IMG/VR virus record: IMGVR_UViG_3300042340_000379
Span: 124,001 to 188,000 of that record
Length of the DNA: 64,000 nucleotides
Reading direction: 5' to 3' (one strand)
Shown here: positions 55,493 through 64,000 of the stretch, piece after piece
Position numbering within the stretch: the first letter of the stretch is position 1
Layout of the letters: each line of letters opens with the position of its first letter
Notes under the pieces: generated by a model
Databases searched by the model: none
What the model saw: only the letters and a program-made list of their open reading frames with translations
Told to the model about the DNA's origin: nothing
Made by a program: the position numbers and the translations under genes

Positions 55493-58400
55493 ATGAAATC
55501 CTTCACCAAATCTCTGAATTCTTTTGTTACCCGCTCCTTCTCTGTGGGTAAGCGCCAAATGATCTCTAAGGTCAAAATCGTTCACTCTAAGCGCGAGTTC
55601 ATCTCGCGTGTTTCTGGCACCTTTCGCCAGCGCTTGAACCCTGCTACTCCAAAGTCCATTTTTGCTTGGGACGATGTTCAGCTCTCCTTAGCCTTTACTT
55701 ATGGCCAAGGTTCTCTAGGAATCAAAGCTGACCGCGCCAACGCTGGCATTGGGTTTGGTAGTGATACCAAACCTAAATCTAAATCTGTTAAGTCCGATTC
55801 CATCAAAATCGCACACACCTTTAAGGAGATCCTCGCCCAAACCAAAGCTACCGCTGTCAAAGTCTTCGAGGCCATTTCCACCGTTTCTAAACTGATTACT
55901 CCCGATCTTCTGCTCTCTTCTACAGGTAAGCAGCTCTATGGAGCTGCTCTTAAAAACCGGATTGCCAAACTTGTTCGTGAGGGCTACGCAGCCCCTGTTT
56001 CTCAACCTGCAGCGGTAAAGGCCGTTGACTTCATGGCGCTTGCTCAAGAGCGCTGCGCCCAAAGCCTTGCTGCGATCGAAGCAGCTATGGGCTTCACATC
56101 CACGGGCACCGTTGTGGCCATGCTTCAATCCGGCCAGGAGCCTGCGCCCATTGCGCGGCAGTCCGCCTCAAATATGGAGAACATCTCATTGTTTGAACTC
56201 AGGGCAAAAGAATTTCCAGCTCCTTCTGTCGAGGAGCTAATGTCTGACCTAAATGGCGATCGCGCCACCCGCGCTGAAAAGTGCAAAGCCATCTTGGCTA
56301 AGCACAACCTCAACACAGTTGGTGAGCTGATCGCTCGCGGCATGGTGTCTCGCACCCGCAAAGACTTCTGGCTCGATAGTGCAAGCACTGCGTTCAGTGT
56401 GATGCTACTGGGCCACACTCTTGGCCAAATGCCCGCGCCTCTGGACTTCAAGGCTGGGAATACCTACCTGGTAGGTTTCCCTCTGTTTGATCGCACCTCT
56501 GGCGACAAGCAGATTTCCCCGTACAAGTGCGTCATAGGAGATATCGATCTCCTGATGGCGTCTGTTCGTAGAGAAGAGCACGACATAAAGAACCTATCTT
56601 CTCCTGCTACCAAGAAGGTGTTTAAGAAGCACTTTAAGGTGCTAGAAGATAACTGCAAAGCCCTGGGCCTGTGGTTGTCTAAGGACGAAGTGGCTAACAT
56701 GGCCGCTGCGTTGGCCATTAATGAAGTGGCTACCAAGCCCACCACTTTCGCGGTGCTGGCTTCCCACCTCTGCGAAGTCCTTGATGCTATGGGCATGATG
56801 CCCAACCGCGTGTATGCGGTGAATGCTGCGTGGAACCTTCCCCGCTACAAAGCGGATCGCGTTATTGTGCGTAAGTTGGTAACCGCACTGCTGCGGGCCC
56901 AAGAGGGCATCGGCATGACAGGGTTCAAGTTCATCGACATGTCCACCAGCGAGCAAACTGGTGAGCTATTTGATGAAGTCGTTATCTGTGGCCAACGCTT
57001 TGTCATGGATGACGAAGGCGTTATCTTTGATGACGCAGGTACATCAAAACGGCTAAACCAGATAATGTTGGCTGCTCCCATTAAGGTAGGCCGCAGTCTA
57101 CACCCCAACGAGTTCTCTATCTTGAGCGCTCACGACGTGTTGTTGTATCTGCTGGACAACATTGTGCTGCCCATGCTCAACCGAAAGGATGTCAAATCTG
57201 ACAAGAGCTTGGAAATCAGCCGTGTTGAGGAAACCAACGCTCGTGCTGCCCAGTCCATCAAATCGTTTATTGGCAAATCCATGCCTCTAAACGAGCGGGC
57301 TGTTGCGCTTGGTGTTGAAGATGCTGCCTCCAGCATTCTGACCAGCGGCGAAATCAGCTGCGTTGTCAAGTGGCATCAATCTCTCTTCCGTCGCAACATT
57401 GCGGCTGAGGGTTCAGCAGAGATCGCCATCTTCAAAGAAGGCATGCTAGTTGGGCCTGATAGTCCCTACAAACGCTCGGCTGATGCTACCGAGTATATGA
57501 TCTTTAGCCAAATGGAGTTAAAGACCTCCACCAATTTCACCGACTATCACCCTCTCATCGAGCCTATGATCGCTCATGGCAAAGTGATTCAGCCTTTTGG
57601 CAACATGAATGCTGTAAGCCTTTCTGCTCACGGTACTCACTATGCCAACCTTGATGTGAGCATTCAGAAAGAAGCTGTCAAAGCTTTCTGGGCTAACCAA
57701 GGCCTTGATGAGCAACAGCTGCGCTCTAAGTTCAACCTTGAAGGTGTAGTCGGTGATGTGTGGATGCACATTGCTGAAGAAACCCTCAACTTCTTGTCCT
57801 ACAAGGGCTCTAAGCGTTTCAAGCGCTCGGCTAACTTGTACGCTCAAGTCACCAGCTTCGCGTTTGAAGAGACCAGCCGCTTCCAGTGGTCTGGTCACGT
57901 TGATCACCAGATCACCGGCCTGGCGCTCAAGGCTGTGTTAGCTCCTAGCTACGTTTTCTCTGGGCCTGGTATGGCCTATATGAACTCGCACAAGCGTGCT
58001 CAATACGAGATGCGCTACCCCTTGGCTGGTGGCATGCATGACTACTACGATCGCGCTGCTGTGTTCAGTAACTTCGCGATTGATGATACTGCTATCATCA
58101 CCAATCCTCTCACGGGCTGGAGCCATATTGACCTGGACATCAAAGTCCGGGAAGGGCAGGAGACTGGCTTGTTTATCGTGAACGAACATGGCCATCAGGT
58201 TCCTCTAAAAGCTGAGCACAATGGTGTGCTTTGCAAAATTCGTTTCCGCACTGTCGATAAGTTCTCCGTTAACGGCGTATTGGAGTGTCGCCTCTTTTAT
58301 AAAGTGTCTGAGTACGACTTCAAACTGCGGGCTGGCTATAAAGCCATGACTACCTATCATGACGGGTCGATCTTTGACCATAACGCCTACGCTCCCGAGT

Positions 58401-60982
58401 GGGACATCATCATCCCTGGTGATGCCAACAAAACCCTCGACCTTTTAACTTGCTTCCTCCCCGAGGCTGCTGAGTCATTCGGTCGCGCTCCTGAGGGCAC
58501 TTTGGTTGATGGCGTTGATGTACGTGCCCTGCTGCGTTCACTTAATGCTGAGGCATTTGGTCGTGAGGGCATCATTAAAGATGCGCCCAACGACAGCCTC
58601 TATGTCAACATGCTCATGTTGAATGAGGGTCGCTACGAGCAACTCCGTAAGTTGTTCATGACCGCATTTGGTCAAGTTATATGGATGAGCGTTGAGTCTG
58701 TAGAAATGCAGATCTTTGTCAACAAATTCTATTCTGCCAACGTTGCTGGTGGTGGCAAATGGCGCGAGCTGTCTGAAGCTGAGCTGGAAACAGTTGCTAA
58801 AGATGGTCTACCCAAGGGTGCTCGCGGCTTCTGCGACACCGCTGATATCAATGACCAGAGCAACATTCTGGTTACCTACACTGAGAACGGGAAGTGCATG
58901 TCCCTTCACCGTCAGTGGGTCTACGCTTCCACGCCCGAGCTTGGCATGTACATGCTAGGTAAGCCTGAGTACACAACTGTGAGCCAGGCCGTTTCTGAAT
59001 CCAGCGTTATGGGCAACGTCATCTATGACCTGGCCCTACGTAGCAACAAAGCTGCGTTGGAATTCGTCAACCGTGGCGAAATCAACCGCGTGCGCTACTC
59101 TCTTATCCATCGCCTAGCAAAAGGCCTTCCTATTGCTATTGATGGCGGCGAAATTCCTGTGATGAAAATCCAGGGCTCGATCGCTGAAATCGTGGGTAGT
59201 TGCAGCGCCAACTTGGCTGCTGCATACGCGGAAGGGCCTAACCAGTTCTTCCAAGTACTCCTGGAAATCTGCCAGGACAAAGTGCTGCGCTTTGAAGCCG
59301 ACAACAGCACCTGGGTTAGCATCTACCTCCCTCTTCTCGCTTCTTACGGCGGGCAGGATCTTGAATCCAACGAAGGCATGACTCTTGCTAGCAAAGTCTA
59401 TGAGTTGATGACCTCTTGGTACAACGGGGCCGACCCTAAGTCTCAGGGCATCAAAGTCATCGCGGGGGAAATCTCCAAGATGATGAATAAGTTGGCCGAT
59501 GGTGGCCGGATGCAGAAGTCTTTGACCTACGGCCCTAAAGGCGTAGGTTTCAAGGTCGCCGCATTGCCCAACATTCCTACTGGGGAAGTGTGGGTCTATG
59601 CTGGCGGTGAAGTCTTTGCCAAAATGCGCAAGCTGTTTGGCAAAGACTTTGCTGAAAACGCCAAAACTGGCGATAGCTACATCGGTCTGGTGCGTGCGCC
59701 TATGACTCGTGTTGCTGTGCTCAAAGTCGTAGTCATCACCAAAGATGACAACCGCGCCTTGGCCTACAAACTCAATGGCGTGCAGGGCTACATCAGCCCA
59801 TTCTCCCAGTATTTCAACATGGGAGACTTTGACGGTGATGGTGACTTGTCTATGGACGTTAGTGATATCGTCCGTAGCGGTGAGCTTCAACAGGACTCTT
59901 TTGCGTCCATGCTCAAGTTCCAGCGGGAAACCCTGGGCTACGACATGATGCTACCCGAGTTCTGGAAGTCTGCTGCACCCGAGCAGTACTACGCCGACCA
60001 CTTCTATGTACAGAGCTACACCTCTGTCATGGCTAAAATCGGTGGGCGCGGCCTGAACTTGGAATCTTCCGAGAAGGCCAACGTCATCACCCGTGCTCAA
60101 CTGCTAGCCGGTGAGCACGGTGCAATCGGTCAGCAGACCGGCTATGTGTCCAGCTCATATCAAACCCAGTTCTTTATCACGCTGGCAGCTGAGATTCTGG
60201 GTCACCACAACGTAGCTGCATTCGAGTGGATTAAAGGCTCCACCTATCAAACCCAGGCCTTGTACGAAGTAGCGTTAGGCGGCTACTCTCCTGATATGTG
60301 CCGCGTGGCGTTTGGTCTTCTTGACCGCGCCTTCCGTTTGAGCACCACTCAAGATTGGTGGCTAAAGCGTGTTGACGCTGAGGTTGCCGGTATGTTGCTT
60401 GACGGTACCAAGCACACAGCTTCTTCTCTCCTAGGTACCGAGCCTATGGATAAAGAGAAGACCCTGTTCACTTCCCTGAGTGAAGGCCAAGTGTTCCCCG
60501 CAATGCAGGCTTGCGGTTTTGGCTGGAATGGCTTTGAGGATGACCGCAACCAAGTGCAACAGTTTGTTAAAGCTGCTGCGCTCGCTGGCGTTGCTAAAAA
60601 GCGTGTCAGCGAAATCAAGAACGATGATGCTGGAATTGGTAGCGGCACCTACCAAAAGCTGGTGAAAACCTACGGCAAGAACATGGCCCTTGTCATGTGT
60701 CTTGCTCAACGTCTAATGGACATCAGCCGTAATAAGGCTGAGTTTGGTAAGGACTACGACAACGAACTCCGCGCTGAACTCGACCAAATGCTCAAAGGTG
60801 TTAAAAGCGATTCTATTTCCGTCGATCTCTATCGTCGGATTGAGAAGACCCTAGACGACTCTGTGTCCGCAGAAGTCGTAAGCTATGACAGCGCTGCTAT
60901 CAACAAGCTTTGCCGCTTTGTTGAAACCGAAGACGCTGCTCCCATTACTCTGGAGGTTGCTGCCCAAGTTATCGCCAATTAA
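55493..60982 (+). CDS. Single-chain two-barrel DNA-dependent RNA polymerase candidate (non-virion / early)
   Basis: 1829 aa; beta'-like LVRAP and NMGDFDGD (DFDGD at 59825-59839, residues 1445-1449); beta-like FKLRAGYKAM...WDIIIP; GGAGAACA RBS. Confidence 0.8.
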   Translation: MKSFTKSLNSFVTRSFSVGKRQMISKVKIVHSKREFISRVSGTFRQRLNPATPKSIFAWDDVQLSLAFTYGQGSLGIKADRANAGIGFGSDTKPKSKSVKSDSIKIAHTFKEILAQTKATAVKVFEAISTVSKLITPDLLLSSTGKQLYGAALKNRIAKLVREGYAAPVSQPAAVKAVDFMALAQERCAQSLAAIEAAMGFTSTGTVVAMLQSGQEPAPIARQSASNMENISLFELRAKEFPAPSVEELMSDLNGDRATRAEKCKAILAKHNLNTVGELIARGMVSRTRKDFWLDSASTAFSVMLLGHTLGQMPAPLDFKAGNTYLVGFPLFDRTSGDKQISPYKCVIGDIDLLMASVRREEHDIKNLSSPATKKVFKKHFKVLEDNCKALGLWLSKDEVANMAAALAINEVATKPTTFAVLASHLCEVLDAMGMMPNRVYAVNAAWNLPRYKADRVIVRKLVTALLRAQEGIGMTGFKFIDMSTSEQTGELFDEVVICGQRFVMDDEGVIFDDAGTSKRLNQIMLAAPIKVGRSLHPNEFSILSAHDVLLYLLDNIVLPMLNRKDVKSDKSLEISRVEETNARAAQSIKSFIGKSMPLNERAVALGVEDAASSILTSGEISCVVKWHQSLFRRNIAAEGSAEIAIFKEGMLVGPDSPYKRSADATEYMIFSQMELKTSTNFTDYHPLIEPMIAHGKVIQPFGNMNAVSLSAHGTHYANLDVSIQKEAVKAFWANQGLDEQQLRSKFNLEGVVGDVWMHIAEETLNFLSYKGSKRFKRSANLYAQVTSFAFEETSRFQWSGHVDHQITGLALKAVLAPSYVFSGPGMAYMNSHKRAQYEMRYPLAGGMHDYYDRAAVFSNFAIDDTAIITNPLTGWSHIDLDIKVREGQETGLFIVNEHGHQVPLKAEHNGVLCKIRFRTVDKFSVNGVLECRLFYKVSEYDFKLRAGYKAMTTYHDGSIFDHNAYAPEWDIIIPGDANKTLDLLTCFLPEAAESFGRAPEGTLVDGVDVRALLRSLNAEAFGREGIIKDAPNDSLYVNMLMLNEGRYEQLRKLFMTAFGQVIWMSVESVEMQIFVNKFYSANVAGGGKWRELSEAELETVAKDGLPKGARGFCDTADINDQSNILVTYTENGKCMSLHRQWVYASTPELGMYMLGKPEYTTVSQAVSESSVMGNVIYDLALRSNKAALEFVNRGEINRVRYSLIHRLAKGLPIAIDGGEIPVMKIQGSIAEIVGSCSANLAAAYAEGPNQFFQVLLEICQDKVLRFEADNSTWVSIYLPLLASYGGQDLESNEGMTLASKVYELMTSWYNGADPKSQGIKVIAGEISKMMNKLADGGRMQKSLTYGPKGVGFKVAALPNIPTGEVWVYAGGEVFAKMRKLFGKDFAENAKTGDSYIGLVRAPMTRVAVLKVVVITKDDNRALAYKLNGVQGYISPFSQYFNMGDFDGDGDLSMDVSDIVRSGELQQDSFASMLKFQRETLGYDMMLPEFWKSAAPEQYYADHFYVQSYTSVMAKIGGRGLNLESSEKANVITRAQLLAGEHGAIGQQTGYVSSSYQTQFFITLAAEILGHHNVAAFEWIKGSTYQTQALYEVALGGYSPDMCRVAFGLLDRAFRLSTTQDWWLKRVDAEVAGMLLDGTKHTASSLLGTEPMDKEKTLFTSLSEGQVFPAMQACGFGWNGFEDDRNQVQQFVKAAALAGVAKKRVSEIKNDDAGIGSGTYQKLVKTYGKNMALVMCLAQRLMDISRNKAEFGKDYDNELRAELDQMLKGVKSDSISVDLYRRIEKTLDDSVSAEVVSYDSAAINKLCRFVETEDAAPITLEVAAQVIAN

Positions 60983-60987
60983 TCGCT

Positions 60988-61141
60988 AGGGCCCTATAGG
61001 GCCCGCAAAAGTCCGATTGGGGCCCAACGCGGGCCCTTTACGTCCCGTGAAAGTCCTTTTAGGGCCCGCGTTGGGCCTTTCATGTCCCGTCGAGGGCCCT
61101 AAACGTCCCGCAAAAGTCCGATTAGGGCCCGTCAAGGGCCC
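60988..61141. repeat. parC-like array 2: phased GGGCCC/GTCCC boxes, inverted relative to array 1
   Basis: AAAGTCCGATTAGGGCCCG is the exact reverse complement of CGGGCCCTAATCGGACTTT at 52284-52302; 10-11 bp period. Confidence 0.75.
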
Positions 61142-61473
61142 AACCCCTATTTTGCTGCGCTCTACCCTGCGCGGTTAGAGGGGGAATGTTAGTTTTATTT
61201 GTTTGTTGTTAGCAGGTTTAGCTAATGGCAGTGGGTCTGTGTGTTATGCGGTTGGGCGGCAGGATGTAGATGCTAATAGGTATTTATGGCAGCACTATTA
61301 TTTAATTGGAGCCTGGTCGCAGCGATCGCGCTGTGTATCTGGCTCGACAAATGATTTGCCGACTGCCGTCCCCTGTGCGCGATGCGTTGGGACGGCAGCG
61401 GGAGAAAGAAACGCAAATTGCCGTGACTTAATGTCCGGCAGTTTGTAATCCGTTGAATTAGAGACTTGCTGCT

Positions 61474-62154
61474 ATGTCTACTTCCTCTTCTGTCTACACC
61501 GAAAATTTCTCCCTAGAGCACGAAGTCACTTGCAGCCACTTTGCTGCGCAGCTCGCAGCCAAAACTGAAGGTCGCTGTCTGGAAGTCTCTCGTGAGCTCG
61601 TCCGTGGGAAAGATCACGACGCGCTCTTTAGCCTAAGCTGCATTTTCCCAACCGAGAGCGATAATGGGGTTGTAGTACAAATCGCTCTCAGTGGGTACCT
61701 AGATGCGTCTAGTATGAACATCAATGGAAACCTGTATAGGATGGCCGTGCCGTTCACAAAAGGTGACCAGCGCCAGACTGACAAGCCCATGCGAATCAAG
61801 ACTGGGGCTATGAAGCCTCAGGAGTTCAAAGGTCTTCTCTCTGACGAGACCATTCTCGAGTTGCAGAAGTGGGCGGAGTTGAATGCTGGCGCAAAACGCG
61901 CTAGCTTTGACCTGGAGATTCCTGAAGGGGTGGATCTGTATTTCACTTTGTCCTTCCGTAAAGGAAAGGAAAACCCTTATGCAGTAGACCCGCTGCATAT
62001 CCTGAAAATGGATATCATTGGTGGTCTCTTGCAGGAGGTTGAGAAGCCCTATGGGACAAAAGTTGGGGGTGTGGAGGATTCCCGTTTAGCTGCAAAGAGA
62101 GCTGCCCTTGCTGCTTCCACCCTGCCCACGCCTGCTGACGATGACGTGATGTAA
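61474..62154 (+). CDS. Hypothetical protein (possible SSB-like, acidic C-terminus)
   Basis: 226 aa, beta-rich, ends PADDDVM. Confidence 0.6.
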   Translation: MSTSSSVYTENFSLEHEVTCSHFAAQLAAKTEGRCLEVSRELVRGKDHDALFSLSCIFPTESDNGVVVQIALSGYLDASSMNINGNLYRMAVPFTKGDQRQTDKPMRIKTGAMKPQEFKGLLSDETILELQKWAELNAGAKRASFDLEIPEGVDLYFTLSFRKGKENPYAVDPLHILKMDIIGGLLQEVEKPYGTKVGGVEDSRLAAKRAALAASTLPTPADDDVM

Positions 62155-62224
62155 GGTTCTATGCAAGCTGCCGTAATCCTACAATAGGGTTGCGGCAGTT
62201 TGTATTCACTCTTGGAGAAATCCC

Positions 62225-63031
62225 ATGAAAGCTATGACCATCATCCTGTCTAATGCCTTGACTGAGCTAGTTTCTTCTGCAGGAAACTGGGACGAGCAGA
62301 AAAAGGTAGAGACCTTTCAAGAGTCACTAGAAGAGTTATCTCGCAAAGGGGAGCTTCCCCTTTGCGAGATAACGCTAGACATAAAAGAGAGCCGTAATTA
62401 TTACGGCTTGATCGCCTATCTCGAAAATGTCAATGTCTCTCTCTTTGAGAGAGGCTTTCGGCAGACGACTGTCGAGAGCTTCAAGGTCACGACACCCTAT
62501 TCCATCAAGGAGGTGAGGAACAAAATCCTCAAATCCTTGCTTACCAATTCAGCGGTTGTCCCTGCTGAATTGGTAAAGTGGCTCAAATTTGAGCCACTGG
62601 TGTTCGGGCTAGACAAGAATTTCGTTCACGGACTCGCACCAGGTCACTACTCAGGGGAAATGCTGATAGTGAAAAAGGGGCTGTTCGCAAGAACACCCTG
62701 CTATCCCATGCCCATTAAAGATACGGAAGGCTGGGAATCAGCCTTCATTGATGGAACGTATGTATACAAGACGCCCTCGTCTTGGAGTGCGAGTTTGGTC
62801 TCGCGTGAAGATGAGGATAAGGCTGAGGCTAAGGCTGAAGCCGATGCCTCAATCCAGCAGATTGAGAAGGCCCAGCAATACGTAGGCTGGACAATCAGCG
62901 CGATCGCCAGTGGAATAGTCACTCTTACCTCTCCAACTGGAGAAGTAACTCAATTGACTTCCAGACACAGTGTCTGGAATTATGGGGATAATTCCGAAGA
63001 CTGGATTGATATAGGGGGGATCTCAATCTAG
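62225..63031 (+). CDS. Hypothetical protein
   Basis: GGAGAAA RBS; 268 aa. Confidence 0.7.
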   Translation: MKAMTIILSNALTELVSSAGNWDEQKKVETFQESLEELSRKGELPLCEITLDIKESRNYYGLIAYLENVNVSLFERGFRQTTVESFKVTTPYSIKEVRNKILKSLLTNSAVVPAELVKWLKFEPLVFGLDKNFVHGLAPGHYSGEMLIVKKGLFARTPCYPMPIKDTEGWESAFIDGTYVYKTPSSWSASLVSREDEDKAEAKAEADASIQQIEKAQQYVGWTISAIASGIVTLTSPTGEVTQLTSRHSVWNYGDNSEDWIDIGGISI

Positions 63032-63177
63032 TTTCCATAAACTGCCACTGGCGATCGCGCTGGCGGCAGTTTGTATTCAATCGAGGCAACCACTACTCAC
63101 CCCTGAGCCTCGCAGGGAATGCCCAAGAAAACCACTTTAATCATTTAGCGCACCGCCGGGAGTAGCGCCCCGGCATT

Positions 63178-63405
63178 TTGGGAGATACCATCGTGGACGC
63201 CGAAACCGCATACGAATGTTTTGTTGGATCTATAACGCCTTTTGAATTTGTCGATAAATTTGACTGTTTGGGCGATGCTATTAAGCAGCTAATAGCTGAA
63301 GAATGGTGGGCTGGCACAGGCCAAGTAGCCCCTGACAATCTGGCTGAACTCATTCGTGAGTACGCTGCCGATTGGTTAATTGCTAACTATGAGTCTATCC
63401 TATGA
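63178..63405 (+). CDS. Small hypothetical protein (start uncertain)
   Basis: 75 aa acidic ORF. Confidence 0.4.
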   Translation: MGDTIVDAETAYECFVGSITPFEFVDKFDCLGDAIKQLIAEEWWAGTGQVAPDNLAELIREYAADWLIANYESIL

Positions 63406-63529
63406 CCACTACGCCTGTCCCTATGCCTAGACTCCCTGCCCGTATAGCCCAGGCGATCGCCAGCCTGGGCATAACTACCCTACTGCCGTGACTAGGAGTC
63501 ACGGCAGTTTGCTGTCAACAAAAGCCAAC

Positions 63530-63823
63530 ATGTATATTCCAGAACTCGACTGCCTTAGAACAGAAATTGTTCATCGGAGGCTTACAGAGGACAAAAACTT
63601 TTACCTATCTGTTCGAGAGTCTCTTTCGAGAACCAGTGGCGAGAAAGACTATGACCGCTTTGAACATTGGAGTCATGGGTTTGAAAAGCGGCTTAGAACG
63701 GCTACTGCTAGAAAAGATATGAGAGCCAAAATGAGGGAGGAGCGTAGATTCTCAGCTCTCTTCCGTGAGGGCTGGTTAGCTTGCGATCGCCTTCTTCAAC
63801 CCGAGTTCTATCCCAACCCCTAA
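63530..63823 (+). CDS. Hypothetical basic protein
   Basis: ATG 63530 after a hairpin; 97 aa. Confidence 0.5.
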   Translation: MYIPELDCLRTEIVHRRLTEDKNFYLSVRESLSRTSGEKDYDRFEHWSHGFEKRLRTATARKDMRAKMREERRFSALFREGWLACDRLLQPEFYPNP

Positions 63824-63841
63824 CCCAATAAGGAGAGGTTA

Positions 63842-64000
63842 ATGGTTATTACCTATAAAGTAAAAAGTCTCACAAGCAGCGGTTGCTTAGTAGAACCCCC
63901 TAATTGCGGGCCCTACTACAATCTATACCGTCCGTTTAGCAGTAGCTTTGAGAGTGAAGAGAGTGCTCTCGCTGCCATACATGAGTGCCTGCTGAAGAGC
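63842..64000 (+). CDS. Hypothetical protein, runs off the right end of the window
   Basis: AGGAGAGG RBS; open frame MVITYKVKSL... Confidence 0.5.
   Translation, partial: MVITYKVKSLTSSGCLVEPPNCGPYYNLYRPFSSSFESEESALAAIHECLLKS

Larger units (their letters stand above)
61363..63511 (+). promoter_or_regulatory. Family of intergenic hairpins with a shared CTGCC(G)...CGGCAG(TTTG) base stem
   Basis: Copies at 61363-61398, 61414-61445, 62163-62203, 63037-63075 and 63482-63511, each upstream of a gene. Confidence 0.65.

Noticed and set aside
55699-60709. Many antisense and alternate-frame ORFs inside the 1829 aa gene, including the 258 aa ORF 59114..59890
   Set aside because: Expected shadows of strong codon bias; no RBS or recognisable motifs. 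The same applies to ORFs overlapping the capsid, sheath and hub genes.
24684-63031. RAMP/Cas7-like partner for the CUC-NN RNAs among the unassigned 200-270 aa ORFs
   Set aside because: None shows the glycine-rich C-terminal loop typical of RAMPs. A partner, if any, is outside the window or unrecognisable by eye.

Overview
A 64 kb slice of a large tailed dsDNA phage with a contractile tail. The host is probably a cyanobacterium: GCGATCGC (HIP1) octamers recur and there is a cyanobacterial-type IS605 remnant. Positions 1-31.5 kb hold a mostly minus-strand morphogenesis region: baseplate J, gp25-like protein, spike-like proteins, a hub protein with M23 and lambda-lysozyme inserts, tail tube, an enlarged sheath, neck, cement, major capsid, Mu-type protease/scaffold, portal, a gp49/66-family protein and a -1 frameshifted tail chaperone. 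Plus-strand clusters of small accessory genes interrupt it. Two very large single-chain two-barrel RNA polymerase candidates with DFDGD motifs are present: 3360 aa (putative virion enzyme) and 1829 aa (putative early enzyme). There is also a ParM/ParR-like partition cassette with two helically phased GGGCCC arrays, and an early-type region built of hairpin/RBS gene cassettes. The most unusual element is at 12.2-12.7 kb: three tandem non-coding units, each with a sigma70-type promoter, a (CTC-NN)10-12 array with a fixed triplet and variable dinucleotide, and a 3' hairpin. They look like gapped-code guide RNAs or protein-sponge RNAs. No terminase, DNA polymerase, CRISPR array or clear standard tRNA was found. 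All family calls come from motif recognition by eye, not database searches.
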